Under the pieces are notes generated by a model. The model did not search any database and was not told where the DNA came from. It worked only from the letters and a program-made list of their open reading frames with translations. Of a stretch of 64,000 nt of DNA, positions 33,951 through 47,992 are shown piece after piece. A program made the position numbers and the translations under genes. Position 1 is the first letter of the stretch. Each line of letters starts with the position of its first letter. The stretch lies in the NCBI GenBank assembly GCA_044892525.1, contig CM097886.1, positions 36,456,001 through 36,520,000 on the forward strand, written 5' to 3'. This DNA comes from Schmidtea polychroa. Its lineage: Eukaryota.

Positions 33951-36180
33951 CAATAAGTAATTTAAGGTCCAAATTTCAAATTTAAAGTAAATTAAGGATC
34001 TGAAAAATGAATTAAAGTAACTTATCACTTAGTTAATTAGGATAAATAGGTAAATTAATGGCTAATTTTTAAAATTAAGTAATCAATGGTCTAAAATTTT
34101 AAAGTTAAAGTAATATTTTTAAATTAAGTAAATTAAAGTAAAAATTTAAAAATAAAAGTAAATTTATATAATAAGTAAATTAAAGTAAGATTTTTAAATT
34201 TATTAATAAAAAGTTTGAAGAACCAACAGCTTCTGAGAAATAAAATGTTTATGTAAATTTTTATGAAATATTTTTCAAAGATAATTTTCAATGGAAATTT
34301 TTATGAAATATTTTTCAATGTTAATTTTAGATGCAAATCTTTGTTAATTAATCATTCACTACATGAAATTATTGGTTAAATATGTAAATAAGGGTTATAT
34401 TCGGTTGTTAAGTAAATTATGGTGTAAAATGTTAAATTAAGTAATACAAGGATAAACAGGTAAATTAAAGTAATTTAAGGTTCTAAAATTTTTAATTAAA
34501 GTAAATTAAGGTTTTAATAATTGAATTACAGTAAATTATGAGCTAAATCTTTAAATTAAAGTTAAATAAGTAAATTAAAGTAATAATTTTTAAATAAGTA
34601 AATTAATGTAATAACTTTTAAATAAGTAAATTAAAGTAATAATTTTTAAATTTATTATCAAAAGATTGAAAATGTGAGCTGTACCCTTGTGAGCAATAAA
34701 CATAGTGGTCAAAACATCTTGTCGGATAAACTCAGACTATATATAATAAAATGAATTAACAATAACTATTTATTGAATGCAATTTTTACTTTGCAATAAT
34801 ATGTCAGTAGTAATCAATTAAAAGAAGAATGTTTTGTGAATTAGATTTAGAATTCTATAGTTCTATATTGTAATTCAAATTATTTTCAATTCCACGTGGT
34901 GTTTTAAAGGGGTTGACAATTATTCATTACTGATTGTAATTAAAAATATTTTTGAAGACTAATAAAAACAAATTAATTTATTTAAAAAGCATTTGATAAA
35001 ATACAATGAAGAATATTTACTTGATTGTAAGTAGTTAGTTGTAAGTATCTAATTGTTTGAGAGTTAGTTAGTACTTGGTATCTGGTACCTAGTTGGTTGC
35101 TTGTTAGTACATGTTATCATGTTGTAAGTATTTGGTACTTATTTGTTAGCACCTAGTTAAAAATATTTAGTAGCTGATAGTTGGTAACATATAGTACATA
35201 GTATATAGTTGTACCTATAGTACCCCGTTGTTAGGTATCTAGTGGTTAGCTGTTTGTTAGAAGTAGATCGTTGTAATTATCTGGTTGACTTTTTAGATTT
35301 TGACAAGAATATAAGAAATATTTTACTTGCTGAATTAAGAAAAGATTATTATAAGCAAATACTTGATGAATAAATTTTATTAAGTCTTTAATTGTTATTA
35401 TTTTATGTGTATGTATGTGGTTGTTAGTACTTGTTTGTTTTTACTTGGTTGTTCTTAGTGTATGGAACTTGGTAACTGGTTGTAAGTACTTGTTATCTAG
35501 TTGTAAACACCTGGTAGTTGTTGGNNNNNNNNNNNNNNNNNNNNNNNNNNNNNNNNNNNNNNNNNNNNNNNNNNNNNNNNNNNNNNNNNNNNNNNNNNNN
35601 NNNNNNNNNNNNNNNNNNNNNNNNNNNNNNNNNNNNNNNNNNNNNNNNNNNNNNNNNNNNNNNNNNNNNNCAAGCAATCATCATTTTATATTATTATTAT
35701 TATCATTGAAATTTACATCTAAATTTATCTTTAAAAATTATTCCATTAAAATTTCCATTAAAAATTAACTTAAAAAAATTTACATTTAAAATTAACTTAA
35801 AAAAATTTACATTTAATATTAACTTAAAAAATTTACTTTAATTTACTTAACTTTAAAATTTTAGACCATTTATTACTTAATTTTAAAAATTAGCCATTAA
35901 TTTACCTATTTATCCTAATTAACTAAGTGATAAGTTACTTTAATTCATTTTTCAGATCCTTAATTTACTTTAAATTTGAAATTTGGGCCTTAAATTACTT
36001 ATTTGAACCCATTGGTTACTTTCATTTACTTCCATTCTAAAATTATTACTTTAATTTACTTATTTTACTTTAATTTAAAATTTTAGACCTTAATTTACTT
36101 TAATTGAAAACTTTGAACCTTAATTAACTATAATTTTAAATTTTAGACCATAATTTACTTTAATTTAAAAATTTACCATG
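33950..36180. mobile_element. Foldback-like element with inverted, internally repetitive arms
   Basis: ~33950-34110 is a near-identical inverted copy of ~35845-36005. Arms are built from AAGTAAATTAAAGTAA-like modules (33955-34640 and 35760-36180). Confidence 0.6.
35525..35670. other. Assembly gap (N run)
   Basis: Run of N. Confidence 1.
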
Positions 36181-36405
36181 CTATTTTAGTGTATACCCCC
36201 CTTTTGAATTGAAATTCTCAGGACCAAGGAGACCCACCTCAATAATACTTAAAATTATTCATGCTTTTTTTAGTGATAGTCGGATTTTGTATTGAAAATC
36301 CCAAGACCAAGGAGCCCCACCTTAATTGTACTTGAAAATATCCATGCATTTTTAGTGTAGACTGATATTTGTATTGAAAATCCCAGGACCAAGGAGACCC
36401 CCTCA
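36172..36405 (+). repeat. ~82-83-bp tandem repeat, about three diverged copies
   Basis: Core CARGACCAAGGAG.CCC at 36219, 36302 and 36384. Confidence 0.8.
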
Positions 36406-39400
36406 CTAAAGTCAGAGAATTGTATCAATATATTAGAAAAATAAATAAATAAATTATCAATTCAATTTACATATATAAATTTTTAATAAAAATATTAACA
36501 CAATTAATTAATAAAAATTAGAAAAATAATTATAAAATTAAATCTAAATTTAAGCAAAAAATAATATTCTAAAAATATATTGCATATAATTAAAATTTTA
36601 ATGTTGCTAAATATATATATATATATAATTTTATTAAGATAAAGAAAAATAAACGGAATATTTAATTAATAAAAAGTCAGTGCTTTTTTATTTTCTCTTG
36701 GATGTAATTAATCAATTAGAGCACATAAATGAATGGTATCAGATCGATCACGATTAAAAAGCTTTTATCATATTCAATTAAATTAACAAAAACAAAATAC
36801 TTGCAAAATACTCGGAAAATGAAATCATCATTTTAAACTAATTTATTCAGAATTCAATTTTCCTATGCTAGAAATGTTAATTTCAATAATTTTTCAGGCA
36901 TGTGTTGAAAAATTTTATTTGCTTTTTCAAATTTCCAGATACTTTGATATCAAACGAAACTTAATTAAATAAAAAAAAAATTATTAATTTAGTAAAATAT
37001 ATTTACATAATTACAGTTTAAATATAAATCTAAATTTTTGAATTTTCAAAATTAAAATTAATTAAAATCTAATAATTAAATTTATCATGAACAATTATAT
37101 TAAAATAAATTAAAATATGATTAATAATGAATTAAAATTTAGAAACACAAATCATATTATTTAAATTTTCAAAATAAATATTATTTTACAATGTAATATA
37201 TATATATATATATAACTAAGTTAATATAACTAAGTTAAAAATAGAAAAAAGAGCTTTAAGCAAATTATAGAAAATTGCTTAGATCCCAAAAAGTTGCTTT
37301 CAAAATAAGTAATACTAATTAGAAAATTGCTGGAGAAGTGGAAATTGAAAATAGAGTAAATAAACTTGAAGATTAGCGTTGGTATAAAACAAACGGAAAA
37401 TGTTCAAAAAATTTTCGAAAAATCTTAGTCCTAAAAGTAGAAAGAAGATTAATACCAAATATGGTAGATCAGAGAAATTTCTTATCAATAAAATTGAGGA
37501 ATTAAAATAATAATAAGTAATTTTAAATAAATAAGTAAAAGTGAAAATTTGTTATCAATATTACTATAAATTATTTTAAACTATTTGTCCCAAGCAGTTT
37601 GTTTAAATAATAGAAAACACAATTTTGAAAATTGAATAAATAAATAATGATTATCTTTAGTTATTTAAACATTTTCTAAAAATATCAATAAAATATATTA
37701 AAAAAAGGTTAAATAAAGTGAGTTTAATGTAATTTCTAATGGCAGACTAGTTTTCAACTTATTTGGTCCTATCAAAATCATGTAAAATCCTGATCACATT
37801 ACATGGAATTTCAACAATCAAACATTTGAATGATAAGAAATTTGGTGTATGAAAAAATCATTTTATTCCTGCCATCAAATATCACTGCACTCTTCATTTT
37901 AGCTAAGTTTATCATTTGCTAAATCAAAATTCCTTTTAAACAATACTACTTCATACAAAAAATAATTTCCTTTTTTCTAAAGAGAATGAACATAAAATGT
38001 TAATAACAATAGTGGAAAATATGAAATCGAAAATGAAAAGAAAATTTAGACAATTTAAATTTTTATTTATTTATATTTTTCTAATTTTAAAAATAATTTA
38101 TAAATTTTTAATCATTTCCACTGAAATACATCATGACGATTTTAAAACATGTAGTAATTTGTCTGTATCTATTACCTTTACATTTTTATTACAAATAATA
38201 GAATGTCTAAATTATTTGTTATAATGAAGCTCGAGTATTTTTTATTCTAAATTTTATACAAATTCTTGTGTTTTAACGTAGATTCTATAGAATGAGATTT
38301 TGTAAAATAAATTTCAGAATTTTATTTTTATCATTAGTTTCAATTTATAAATTGCTAAATATTTTTCATTCTGAGTAAAATATAATTCTAAATGCATAAA
38401 ATGTAAGATTTATTATATACAAAATTTTAGTTTTTATTAAAAAAATCATATTTCGTTAAAATGAGTTTCTCTTACTGTAAGAATTATATAATTGTGAAAG
38501 AAATACTGAAAAAAATACACTCCTTTCCTTGGGTTCCGCGAAATATTTATTGATTATTTTAATTTAATTGATTAAATTTTCTTAATATTAACAAAATAAT
38601 TTCAGAATTCCAATATTGCTCAATTCATGGTGAAATAAGAAATTTTAATTCTATTAAAACAAACAAAACTTTCGCTTCTTTATGTATTCAACTTCAAAAA
38701 TATTTTAAAAAGATTTTGCAATTCTGAATGATTTTGTTAGTGTTACAGAAATTAATTCCTTAAATGAAATACATACCACTTTTGCATTTACAGTCAGTTA
38801 AGCAAAGTTTGGGCCATTTTAAGAGGGATTTTCAAAATTTCTTCAGCAAAACCTATAAAAATTCAAACCTAAAAACAATTAAAAATTTTCTTTCACAAAA
38901 AATAATTTTCTAAATTTCAAAAACATTACATACGAAAAGAAACTTGTATAATTAGTTGCACATCGTTAGAGAAATTAATGTGAAAGTTTATATTTTTCAA
39001 ACCAACTTGATTTAAAATTAAAAAAGAAAAAGAAAAATCCCGTTTTTCTGACAGCTGTGAAAACAGTTTGAAATGCGATACTTTGATTGTGTTGTAATTC
39101 TTCATATTAGATTGAATATTAGTTTTAATGAGTCCTTTTCTCTTTCTAGGGACTTGGCATGAATAAATCGATTTTCTGCTTTTAGAAATTTTAATTTTTA
39201 AAAGTTTTTTTAAATACACAAAATGATTCAAATATTTTAAAGACAATTTTTCAAAATTATGTTTTTATTCTAATAAAAAGACAGTGCTATATTATAATGG
39301 TCTCAACCTCAAATACTATGCGAATTAAATACACAATTTGAAAAAAGCTGATAGATCAAAGTTTTAAGAAAATATAAATAAATATTTATAGTAAATCTTT

Positions 39401-40427
39401 TCATACACGTATACAGAAAAAATACGTATTTATCAGTAATATCACATTTCTAAATTATTTAACTTCATTTATAAATTTCGTGGTACTTTTTTTGTCCTAA
39501 ATTTTAATGAATAACCAAAATTACAATTATTTAAATTTGTTGAAGTAAAACAATTTTTTCAATAATAGTGTATAAGACAAGCAACACAAATTGTTTTAAG
39601 ACTAAAACTTTATATCACTGTCACTTATAGAAATAACAAAAAATAAGTATTATTACCGCAATTAAAATGGGATAACAAACAATAATTGCATATATATGGT
39701 AAAAGATGTTTTTATTTCATAAAACACTTTAACAAGATATATTAAAAATATTTTGATTATTATTAAATCAAAATAAACTGGAATTTTTTTAAAAATAAAA
39801 ACAAATATTATGAGAACTTTTTTTTCAAATTTCACCACTGATTTTTTTTACGCTTAATTAATTAATATTGGTTTAGTTTTGAGATTTTCATGATCTCGAC
39901 TATTTACATTTTAGACGATGATGCCAACTTGGCTGCTATTCAGAAGTAGAAAATATAATAGCAAGTCATGGAACGAGAAACTTTCACACAGAATTCAAAC
40001 CGGGTCAACCTAACTCACCTTCATCTAATACAAACGATTATCAAAAAAATTAATTTTAACATTTTGTGCACATATTTCGATTTGTCATTTGCGATTGAAT
40101 AAACTAATTGATTTTATGATATTATTTATAAATAATGTATAAAATTTGAAGATTATAATTCAGTAATATATCGATGTTTTTGATACTCACAAATTTTCGG
40201 CACTGCCTTTTTCAAGTGAATTCGATCATTTTTGCATTTACCACTTATTGTTTGGGAAAAATAAATTTATTTCGTATTTTATATTAAATTTATTGGTTTA
40301 ATTATATTTCTTATTTTTTATATTTTATTTTATAATTTAAAGTTTTTTTTTAAAAAACGTTTTTTTAATTTTTATATATTTTTTTTATTTAAATTTAAAT
40401 AAATGTCTCTGGGATTTTTTTTAAATT

Positions 40428-41203
40428 TAGTTGAATGTAGATGGTTTAAGTTTTTTGATATACAGAGTCTCTGCGGCTAATCTATGCAATGTAATTTTGA
40501 ACGCATCTTGTAATATTTTGCATTTTTTTCGTGTATGAGTGATGCTGATTTATGAACTTTTTTTAGTGTTCGTGATAATTTCTGGTTTTGATTTTGATGT
40601 ATTCGTTGAGTCTTGTTTGGAACGTTCTATGTGTTTGCCTATGTACGATGCGTCGCATCTTGTGCAAGTAATTTGGTATACAATGTCTTTTAAGAAGCAA
40701 AAACATTTGGTGGAGGATTGACATATACAATCTCGATGAAATAGGTCTAATGTTAGAGATTTTTGGGACTTACGAATCTGTGATTTCAAAGGTGCAGCTA
40801 TTGTAAAAATTGGGCGAATATGAACTGACAACTCCATATTGCGAATGTAATCTCTGATTATATTACATGTCTTATTGTTTAAAAAAGAGAAGCGTAGGTA
40901 TATTACTAACTTATTGAGATGTTCCATTTGTGTATTATGCCTATTGGAGTTATATTCACTCAAAAAGTATTTTTCTACGTACTCCTTTGGGTATCCATTT
41001 TGTAAAAACCGTGTTTTGAAGTTTTCAAGGGTTTCTTGTTTTTTCGTTTTTTCCGAACAGTTTCTTATTGTTCCTATTCTCTCTCCTACTAATAGAGTGA
41101 TTTTTCGTTGGAGTGGAACGTGACATTCCCAAGGAAGAATGTGTCCACTGTGTAGACTTTTAGTGAATGTGAGTGTGTAATTCTTATGGCGAAACATATT
41201 CAA
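40428..41203 (-). mobile_element. Second, diverged Penelope-like element 3' fragment (RT thumb and GIY-YIG)
   Basis: HSGHILPW, FLQNGYP and DIVYQITCTRCDASYIG; after a frameshift, RLAAETLYIKKLKP. Confidence 0.8.
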
Positions 41204-42404
41204 ATAATGAATTTGGTGAAATTACAATTTTGCAAATTACATTTTCATCTCGATTGTTAAACTAAAGATTAATCGAAGAAAATCGACTCCGTATCAACAT
41301 TAGAGGTGAAGCAAAATATATTAAATGTCGACACTTTGTGAAAAGTCAGTAAATATTAAACCAATTGCAAATTCCTATTTTCTCTATAATTCGAGTTTAA
41401 TTCACAATGATAAAGATGAATTAGAAGATTTTGATTGTTGCGAGAGCCCAATTAGCAATGACTTTGCATACTATTCACTACCAAACACGACAATTGTAAA
41501 TTCTATATTATCACAGAACGCAAGGAAATCATTAAATTTCTGTGATTTCTGTATTGCACCTCATTTAATTACAGAATATCAATTCTCCAATTCTCCAAAT
41601 ATAAATTGCCATTTAATATTACATGCATATTTATTATCAAAATTCTTATTAAATAATTAACTATGTATGATCAAAAGGTTACCTGATTAACTTGTCATAT
41701 TAAAATATTATGTTCATCTTATTTCGTACCTAGTTGTAATTCATTTATACATTTTGCAGAAAAATTATTTATATTCATTTAATATTTATAAGTTTTTTCA
41801 CTGATTTTTTTATATTTTAAATTAAAAATATTAAATTAATTATTAAATAAATAATTTAATTAATTAATAAACTTGAACTATAAAAATAGTAAAAATATAA
41901 AAATATAAAAAAGTAAGCAGAACAATAAAAAATCTTGTAGTCAAAAAATGTTAATAATAAATAAAACTTTACAATGAAAACATAAAACATTGTTATTTGG
42001 TTTCTTAAATATATAAATTTTCAAATTTTTATTTCATTGAAAAAATCAAAATGTCAAAAACGAAAAAAGAAAAAAGAAATCAAGTTATTACAAATTATTC
42101 ATTTAACTTCAACATTTGACCAACACTGTTTATCTGAATGTTTATCTGGATTTATATCAATTCAAGCAATGATGACGGCTTCATTGACTACCCATAATTT
42201 TCTTGTGTTGAAACACATAATGAATATTTCAAAGATCTATAGATCATAGTGGAAAACATCGCGATTGAGCTTGTGATAGTACGGCGCTGCTCTGATAAGT
42301 TTGATAACCTAGGAAATAGAAAATAATGATGTATTTGAACCCTTCAATCGTGACGGCATGAAGGGTAAAAATGGAGCTTGTTAAGTCAAATTGACTTCTT
42401 AGAG

Positions 42405-42653
42405 CAGTGGTGACCAATCCAAATCAATCGAAAGGCCAAATTTTCGGAAAAATACTATCACGGGCCACAATAGATTCATTTAAATAAACATAACTAGTTT
42501 TTACGATTCAAGTAAACTTAGAATCAATTTTTTAAATGAAAAACATGCTTAATTAAAATATGAATTCTAAAAGAGACAATTATTGATTTGATGTTTAAAA
42601 TTCTGTCTGGGCCACATCAAAACGCTTCGCGGGTCACCGGTTGGCCATAGCTG
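42405..42653. mobile_element. hAT-type MITE
   Basis: Termini CAGTGGTGACCAA / TTGGCCATAGCTG with a perfect 8-bp TSD, TCTTAGAG. Confidence 0.82.
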
Positions 42654-43699
42654 TCTTAGAGAATTGATTTTAATTATAATAATTTTAATGTATTTTATTT
42701 TTAATAATAATAAGGTTGTAGTGGCAAGTTAAAACAATTATGTGACTTTTCATTTAAGAAAATTGAGGTACATTTCTTACTTTTTAAAATTCTTCTAATC
42801 AAATGTTAAAATGATCTAACTGAATATTTGACACAATAAATAGATTAGTTTAGCCCGAACCTTTTGCTCTATGTAATAATTATAAACCGATTACGTTATA
42901 ATTACATCGTTGATTTATATCAATTATGTAATATTCACCAATCACACAATTATGATATAATTATTAAATGAGTAGAAATTAATAAATTATAACTAACTTC
43001 ATGAAAAATCCCAGTCTCATTTATGAACATCATCTAGTAATACTGAAAAATATTATTAATAAAAGTTAATTAAATTGAATCTACAATGTACAATTGTACA
43101 AAAAATCAAAAGAATTATCAGTTAAAATTTTTTAATCATTTTCAAATTAATGATGATTAAAAAGAATAAATTTATTATTTTCCTTTGACACTAAAAAATT
43201 AATTTTATATATATTTTCACTAAGATATTTTATCCTTTTTATTCAATAATAACTTTATTTTTAAATTCAAAAAAATATATTGAAATTTTTATTTTGTGAT
43301 CACTTTTCTTCAGGTACTTTGCCTTATGCAGGTAAGTAGATGGATTGGGACCCGCAAAACCAGGGGCCAGCTAGACCACCCTCCGGTTATAAAAATTAAA
43401 AAAAAATTTTTTTCAAGGTAAAATTTTAAACAAAGACAATTGAGTCTTCAAGATCGTAGGACTCATCCAAGGTCATATTATTATTTTATTATTATTTTTC
43501 AAAAATATTATTAAGTGGTCTAGCGGGGCCCTACTATTTGGCATGCCAAAAGTATAAGTTCCTATTATTTCATTGAACGATGTGTCATTTTAAAGCTTAG
43601 TGCAAGACCTTTCGAATGAGCTATAGATGTCATTATTATCATTATTTCCAAGACCATGTTTCAAGGTCATATTTTAATTATTATTTTTCAAAAATATTA

Positions 43700-45087
43700 T
43701 TGTTTTTAGGGATGGTAATATTTTCTGTTCATTCATAATCACATCTTTTGCAGCTTTCATACTAAAACTACCAATACGTTTAAGAATAGGTAGTGCAAAT
43801 CTACCAATTGTTCTCAACCATCCTGATCCGTACTGTTTACCACCGCCAGATTGGCTACCACTATACATACTAATAATATCAGAATTAGTCATTTTAGTCA
43901 TAATCGCCAACAATGACTGGTCCCACGATATTACTGTAAATGAACATTTGCTGATGATGTTTAAGGATTTTCTGATTGATTGTTCCTTCACAAATTTGTT
44001 CATTTTGTGTACATGTTTGTTTTGAAAATCTTAATGTTATAGTCAAATTTGAGTGAAATTTAACTTGACTAAGATTCGAATTTATACTAAATCTAAATAC
44101 TTTATCATTTTTAAGCTCTAAAAATGTTAAAATATCGCTAAAAATTTCTGATAAATAAGTTTGTAATTGTTCGAGTTCTGTAATATATAAATCATCTTTA
44201 AAAGAATATGCAAGCTCAGTTGTTTCAATGTATGACAGCTTGAATTTGAATTCTACTAAATTATTAGTTTTTGGAAGTGCAGCGATATTTATTTTGACTG
44301 TGTCATTAAATACATTACGTAATTCAGTAAATCCAAGACGTTTAGCATCAGCAGTTGTAGAAAATAAAATTCAAATAGTTGATTCAAGCAATTCACGTAT
44401 AAATATTGACCATCATCATAAATTATGGGTTTCCTTGATTTCGATGAACTCGTTAAGTTTTAACTATTTTTATCTATAAGAACATTAATATATTCCGTTA
44501 CTGCTACTTTCTTATTATATTCAATAACTGATTGGGAATAAATTGTATACATATGTAAAATCCAACAGACCAACTTTCCAGTCACTATCCAAATAGACAT
44601 GGTTTTTGAGTTCGATTATGAATTTGCTTGCTTGATTGTCTGGATGAATTAATGGACAACTGTTGCTCAGTAAAATAGTATAAAAATTCACTTTACTAGG
44701 TGTTTTGCTGAAATCCATGACAGGTTTTAATAACCATGCGATTTGACATAATATTGTTTATCCTTACCCACCTTTTTAGTTTTCAATATTTTTTGAATTC
44801 TAAATACTTCTAATTCTTGTAATTCTTGCTCATAAAATTTCCGTTGTACAATATTATTATCATTGTCTTTGATGTGATGAGTGATTATAACTTGTTATTA
44901 TTTTTGGTAAAACATTTACCCATTTTTTATTACCTTGATGCACGAAGAATTTCTTTAACCTATCTCTCAATTTTCGGTTAAATCTTTCAACATGGGCAGC
45001 TTTGTATTGAGAATGTACCGAGTAGTGATTTATTTTCAGTTTATCGAGTATTTGCTTAACTTTGCTATTTTAGAATTCTTTACCTAA

Positions 45088-45142
<55 letters not shown>

Positions 45143-45255
45143 TTGATAATAATATTAATAATACCTAAATCTGTTTGCAAGTTATTAGGATGTCCGTCTT
45201 TAAATAAAATATTAATTGCTTTGGCCATTTCATCGGCAGATTTTGCCTTGACTAG
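43700..45255 (-). mobile_element. Second decayed Polinton/Maverick fragment: integrase with chromo-like tail, minor-capsid-like ORF and a Gly-rich core-protein-like ORF
   Basis: Integrase: LQTDLG[insert]KEF, AAHVERFNRKL and FRIQKILKTKK...YYVK. Minor-capsid-like: FYTILLSNS...PDNQASKF...LDSDWKVGL. Gly-rich: YSGSQSGGGKQYGSGWLRTIGRFALPILK. Several stops and deletions. Confidence 0.72.
45081..45169 (+). repeat. (AAT)n-rich insertion flanked by an 8-bp direct repeat inside the integrase
   Basis: TACCTAAA at 45081-45088 and 45162-45169. Removing 81 bp restores D-L-G-K-E-F. Confidence 0.9.
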
Positions 45256-47992
45256 CAACGTTCCCTCTAATTTTTAAAATTGGTGTGTGTGCTAACTGCA
45301 ATGTGGGCAAGTATATTAAATTAAAAAAAAAATTGGGCAAAATTTCAAAAAAAAAATTTTTTTTATCATTTTATTTTTGTAATATGTAAATAATAAAAAA
45401 ACTTTACACGTTGCATTATATTACATTCAAGCAAGTATTACTAATTTAATAAAAAGTTATAAATAGAAAACAAAAACAATATACCTATATTATATTCAAA
45501 AGGTAAAATAACTATTAAAAATAAAAAAAATATTAAATCAAAATTTAATGTTTGTCACGTCTGTCCTTATTAACAACCCAATGTTCATAAATACTGTCTA
45601 AATTAATATTGCCTCCTGATGTGATAAACGTTTTTATTCGCATCAAGTTATCTAAATTATTAGTCTTTAATCTGTTTCGTGATTTTGATTTTATAGCATT
45701 CATCAAGCTAAAACCACCTTCACAATCTGCACTGGATGCCTGAAATGTAGCACAAATATCTAGAAGCACTGTCAATTCTTTAAATTTTGAATCTGCATTA
45801 GCCAGCTTAACTAAATCAAATAAATTAGCTACGGAATTACTTTTCATCTTTTCAATTATTAATAACTTAAAATCGTTATATTGTTTTGAAATTGCTGTTC
45901 CAATTTGTTCGTCATATCCGGGAATTATATTTTTATATTTTTTAACCAGCTTTTCTATACAATCTTGACCAAAGTTAAAATCTTTTGAATTTATTATAGC
46001 ATTATGATCAAATGCATGCCAATCCATTACGTCTTCTTCTGGAAACCTATTCTTTAAATGTATACATAACAATTCGATAAATCGTAAAATTGCTGAAGTG
46101 TCGATACCAGGATTTTTACCAATTAGATCTTTTATATCATTATTCCAATGAACTATTTCGCCTAAATATTGGTTTTCGATTTTGTTGATCCTTGCTTTAG
46201 CAAATTGCATTGCATCCATTATTGTCAACAAACTCCTCTGAAATATTTTACAAAGAGATGACAACTCTTCAAGAACGTCATTTAAAACCATTAATGAAAG
46301 GCGATATTTTGGATCCTTAAGAAGTTTTAGGCAATATTTGCATATTGGATCATTACATTTCTCCACTTCCTCAGTGCAGTATTCTATCAATAGATCGTAA
46401 TTACGAATAAATGCTCTTACTGCAAAATGTCTTGACAGCCATCTAACTTCATTTAATGGACGAAATGCTAATACATCACATTCAGTTACGCTTGCCAATT
46501 CTTCAAAGCTTGCTTTCTTTACGGTTGATCTACTAAACATGGTATATACTGTCTTTAATAATGTTTCAATATCACACATTATTGGAACTTTTTCCAAGTA
46601 TCATCAATTCCTAAATCTTCCTTGTGTGCTACACAATGCTGCTGCGATAAATGAGGGATTCTGTTCCGTAACAATGCAGCCACACCATTATTCTTACCAA
46701 GCATTACAGAAGCACCGTCTGATGTAAACATTACCATATTATAAAATTCATAAATAGCTTCAAATATAAAGGAACTAGTACATCCAGTCAATTTTAAAAT
46801 TCCTGCAAATACAGTTTTATGGTCAGAAGAAATATTTGGCCGGTATTTTATGTATAAAATTAAAGCTTTGTGTGTAGATATATCAGTACTTTCATCAACA
46901 ATTAAACAATGAAATAACGATTCTCTTAGTTCCTCAAGAAACTTGTTTTTTATTACAAAATTAATGCATTGAACAAATTCGAATGCATAATTCTTGCTGC
47001 GCCAACTTTTGGGAATAGATATATATTTTTCCATATGCTCATGAATTTCCTGTACTGATGACATCGAAGTGTTAATTTTTATTGCAAGAATAACGTTGTC
47101 TATCAAAATTTTGGTATCGTTTTTATTAGATTTTTTAGTTCTATCAAATCTGCACGTATCTGTCGTTCTTCTGTAGAGGAAGTTAACATTTCAACAATTC
47201 CACCTTTTTTGCAATTACGTAATTTTATTACCGAATCTAAATGTACTTTTTGGCTTAAAAGCCTCTTTAAGTAGTACAACTTCCAATTCGTCCAGTTTTT
47301 GCCATTTTTAAACTCACTTTCAGCTTTTGCTTCGGTACATATTTTGCAAAGAACATCATTGGTTTCAATTTGATAATTAAAAATATCATCTAATTTAATT
47401 TTTTCTTTTATATTTGACGATAAGACTCATGTTTCAACAATTTCATTTAACCATTCTTTTTTGAATTTTGAAGATGTCTTGATTGTGGATTTTAAGCTTT
47501 CATCGAATTTTCGTTTTGACATACTAAATATATAAAAAATAAAGGGATTGCATTTTAAAATAATTTTTGAAATAAATATCACAGCCTTCTCAACATTAAA
47601 ATAAATAATCAAAATCATAGTGCAAAATTTAATTTACTGTAGATTACTTACTTATTTATTATTTTCTATCATAACGTGGTGTTATCTGTTATTTAATTTT
47701 AAATTTCACATCCACATTTATTGAATTCAAAAAAGTGAACATTGACATTTAATTTCAATGTTGCCAATTGAGACATACTAAAAAAAATAACCCAGCAAAC
47801 AAATAACCCAGAATTTAGTGTGGAAATCTATACGAAATTTTCAACTGGGTGCGTTTACGCAATGAAAATGGTGACAAATAAAAAAAATTATTGTTTGCAA
47901 TAATTTCTAGTGGGCGGATAGAAATGCTGAGAGGGCAAATGTCAATTTTTAACTGGGCGGCCGCCCGTTTGCCCAGCTTAGAGGGAACGTTG
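45256..47992 (-). mobile_element. Near full-length hAT transposon (ZNF862-like transposase) with TIRs; ORF disrupted
   Basis: TIRs CAACGTTCCCTCTAA / TTAGAGGGAACGTTG. Motifs LIVDESTDIS, FTSDGASVMLG, QHCVAHK, NEVRWLSR and SSADCEGGFSLMNAIKSKSRNRL, spread over three frames. No matching TSD. Confidence 0.88.

Noticed and set aside
35020-35524. Telomere-like GT-rich tract
   Set aside because: No fixed repeat unit such as TTAGGG or TTAGG; it is degenerate low-complexity sequence inside another element.
36172-36405. CRISPR-like repeat-spacer pattern
   Set aside because: The context is eukaryotic, there are no cas genes, and the spacers are homologous to each other, so it is a tandem repeat.
41325-41660. 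111-aa ORF as a real gene
   Set aside because: No motif, no clear splice context and no homologue in the window.
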